The notes under the pieces were generated by a model. It saw only the letters and a list, made by a program, of their open reading frames with translations. It had not been told where the DNA came from and did not search any database. Source: Takakia lepidozioides (taxonomy: Eukaryota > Plantae > Bryophyta). Taken from it: a DNA stretch of 64,000 bases. Location of the stretch: positions 71,982,001 through 72,046,000 of the forward strand of contig CM060733.1 in assembly GCA_030704615.1 (NCBI GenBank), read 5' to 3'. Shown here piece after piece: positions 62,934-64,000 of the stretch; positions within the stretch are counted from its first letter, which is position 1; each line of letters opens with the position of its first letter. Both the position numbers and the translations under genes were made by a program.

Positions 62934-64000
62934 AACGCTCTTGCAATGCCCTGCATAGTGCAAGGTTGGATGGATGTTCCTCACCCCGGGATGGGGCGCA
63001 TATTTCAGTTGTCGACAGCTGGGTCTGTTGCGCGCAGTGTTGTGTATGCAAACACGGTTTCTCAGTTGAGGTGCATATCCGCAGTGGATGCCTTTATCCA
63101 TGCTCCAACACTGAGCTTCAACGAGCTGCACAAGGCCCTCAGGTAGGATACAGGGAGGAGTGGTTGACATTCCACGGGATGCAGAAAGTGGAAAGATGCT
63201 ACATAACAGCCACTTTCATTGTTGCAATTGCGGCACTACTCTATTTTTGAGACATGTGGAACTGATATTCCCACCCAATTTTATTACGAACAACTTCTTC
63301 CACCATATTTTTTGGCAAGAAATATATATTTGGTGGTGCCGCATTTCCATGGCTAGGCCACTTTCGGTGCCGCAATACATGAATAGTCGCCTTTGACCCT
63401 GAATGGTATTGGCATGCTTTTTCATTTTGCTTCTGACTATTAATGGATCCGAGGAAAGTACTCATTGTTTGTAGATACAGGTGCATTCTGACCTATTTCG
63501 GTGCCTTTATTCAACTGTATAGTGCATAGTGCTTCCTTGTTAGTGCGAAGCATTCATTTTGTGGAGATGCAGCAGCCCATTGTGGCGTATTTTGTCGCCT
63601 TTATCCCATAACTCTGATTTGCTACCAATACTATGACACTGTTTGGCAAATGTGATGCCTTTACAAGATTACAAGTGTTGTGTTCCAATGCCAAGGCTCC
63701 TACTGCACATTCCTGCATTCAGATACTGTGCCTTGTGCACACAGACCAATCCATACGACAGAGGACACGTCCCAGCAATACTGACCGTCAATTGCAAATA
63801 ACCTTTACAGAAGATTGTTCAAGCATGTATATTCCCCATATGCCACAAGGAAGCTACACTACTTCTGCTGGAAAACGAATATGCATGAGTGTCTGGGTGT
63901 CCAAACATGACAATTCTAAACATGGAAGAAGGGCGGCTATGCTCCCCTCGCCCAACTAGAAGGAACTCGACTGGCCTGTGAACGAGCTCATGAGTGACCG

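Noticed and set aside
62938-64000. Coding-like sequence right of the big element (…FIHAPTLSFNE…), apparently continuing 49370-49630
   Set aside because: Probably a decayed TE target ORF, but too degenerate to name.

Overview
Eukaryotic, repeat-dense land-plant DNA. It is probably from a non-seed plant, but that is inference and the organism cannot be identified from this window. One intact host gene is supported: a 14-exon TIC40 (22674-31660, +). Most of the rest is nested transposons. A Galadriel-like Ty3/gypsy chromovirus and its gag-only deletion derivative are both inserted in a CACTA transposase. There are also LINE fragments, a MULE-type transposase, PPR pseudogene fragments, a restriction-like-endonuclease LINE block inserted into another LINE's RNase H, and a minus-strand non-chromovirus gypsy. 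The most unusual object is a 13.3-kb Ty3/gypsy element at 49631-62933. (i) It has permuted, split terminal repeats (A...B-gc-A-t-B) bounded by a 4-bp TSD, which is the layout of a 2-LTR circle opened at an internal CAGCTG palindrome. (ii) It has a self-complementary (Tf1-like) primer site instead of a tRNA PBS. (iii) It carries a C5 DNA-methyltransferase domain between protease and RT. (iv) Its integrase ends in a PHD finger. (v) Its leader contains a 3-kb satellite. There is a ~500-N assembly gap at about 39468-39968.
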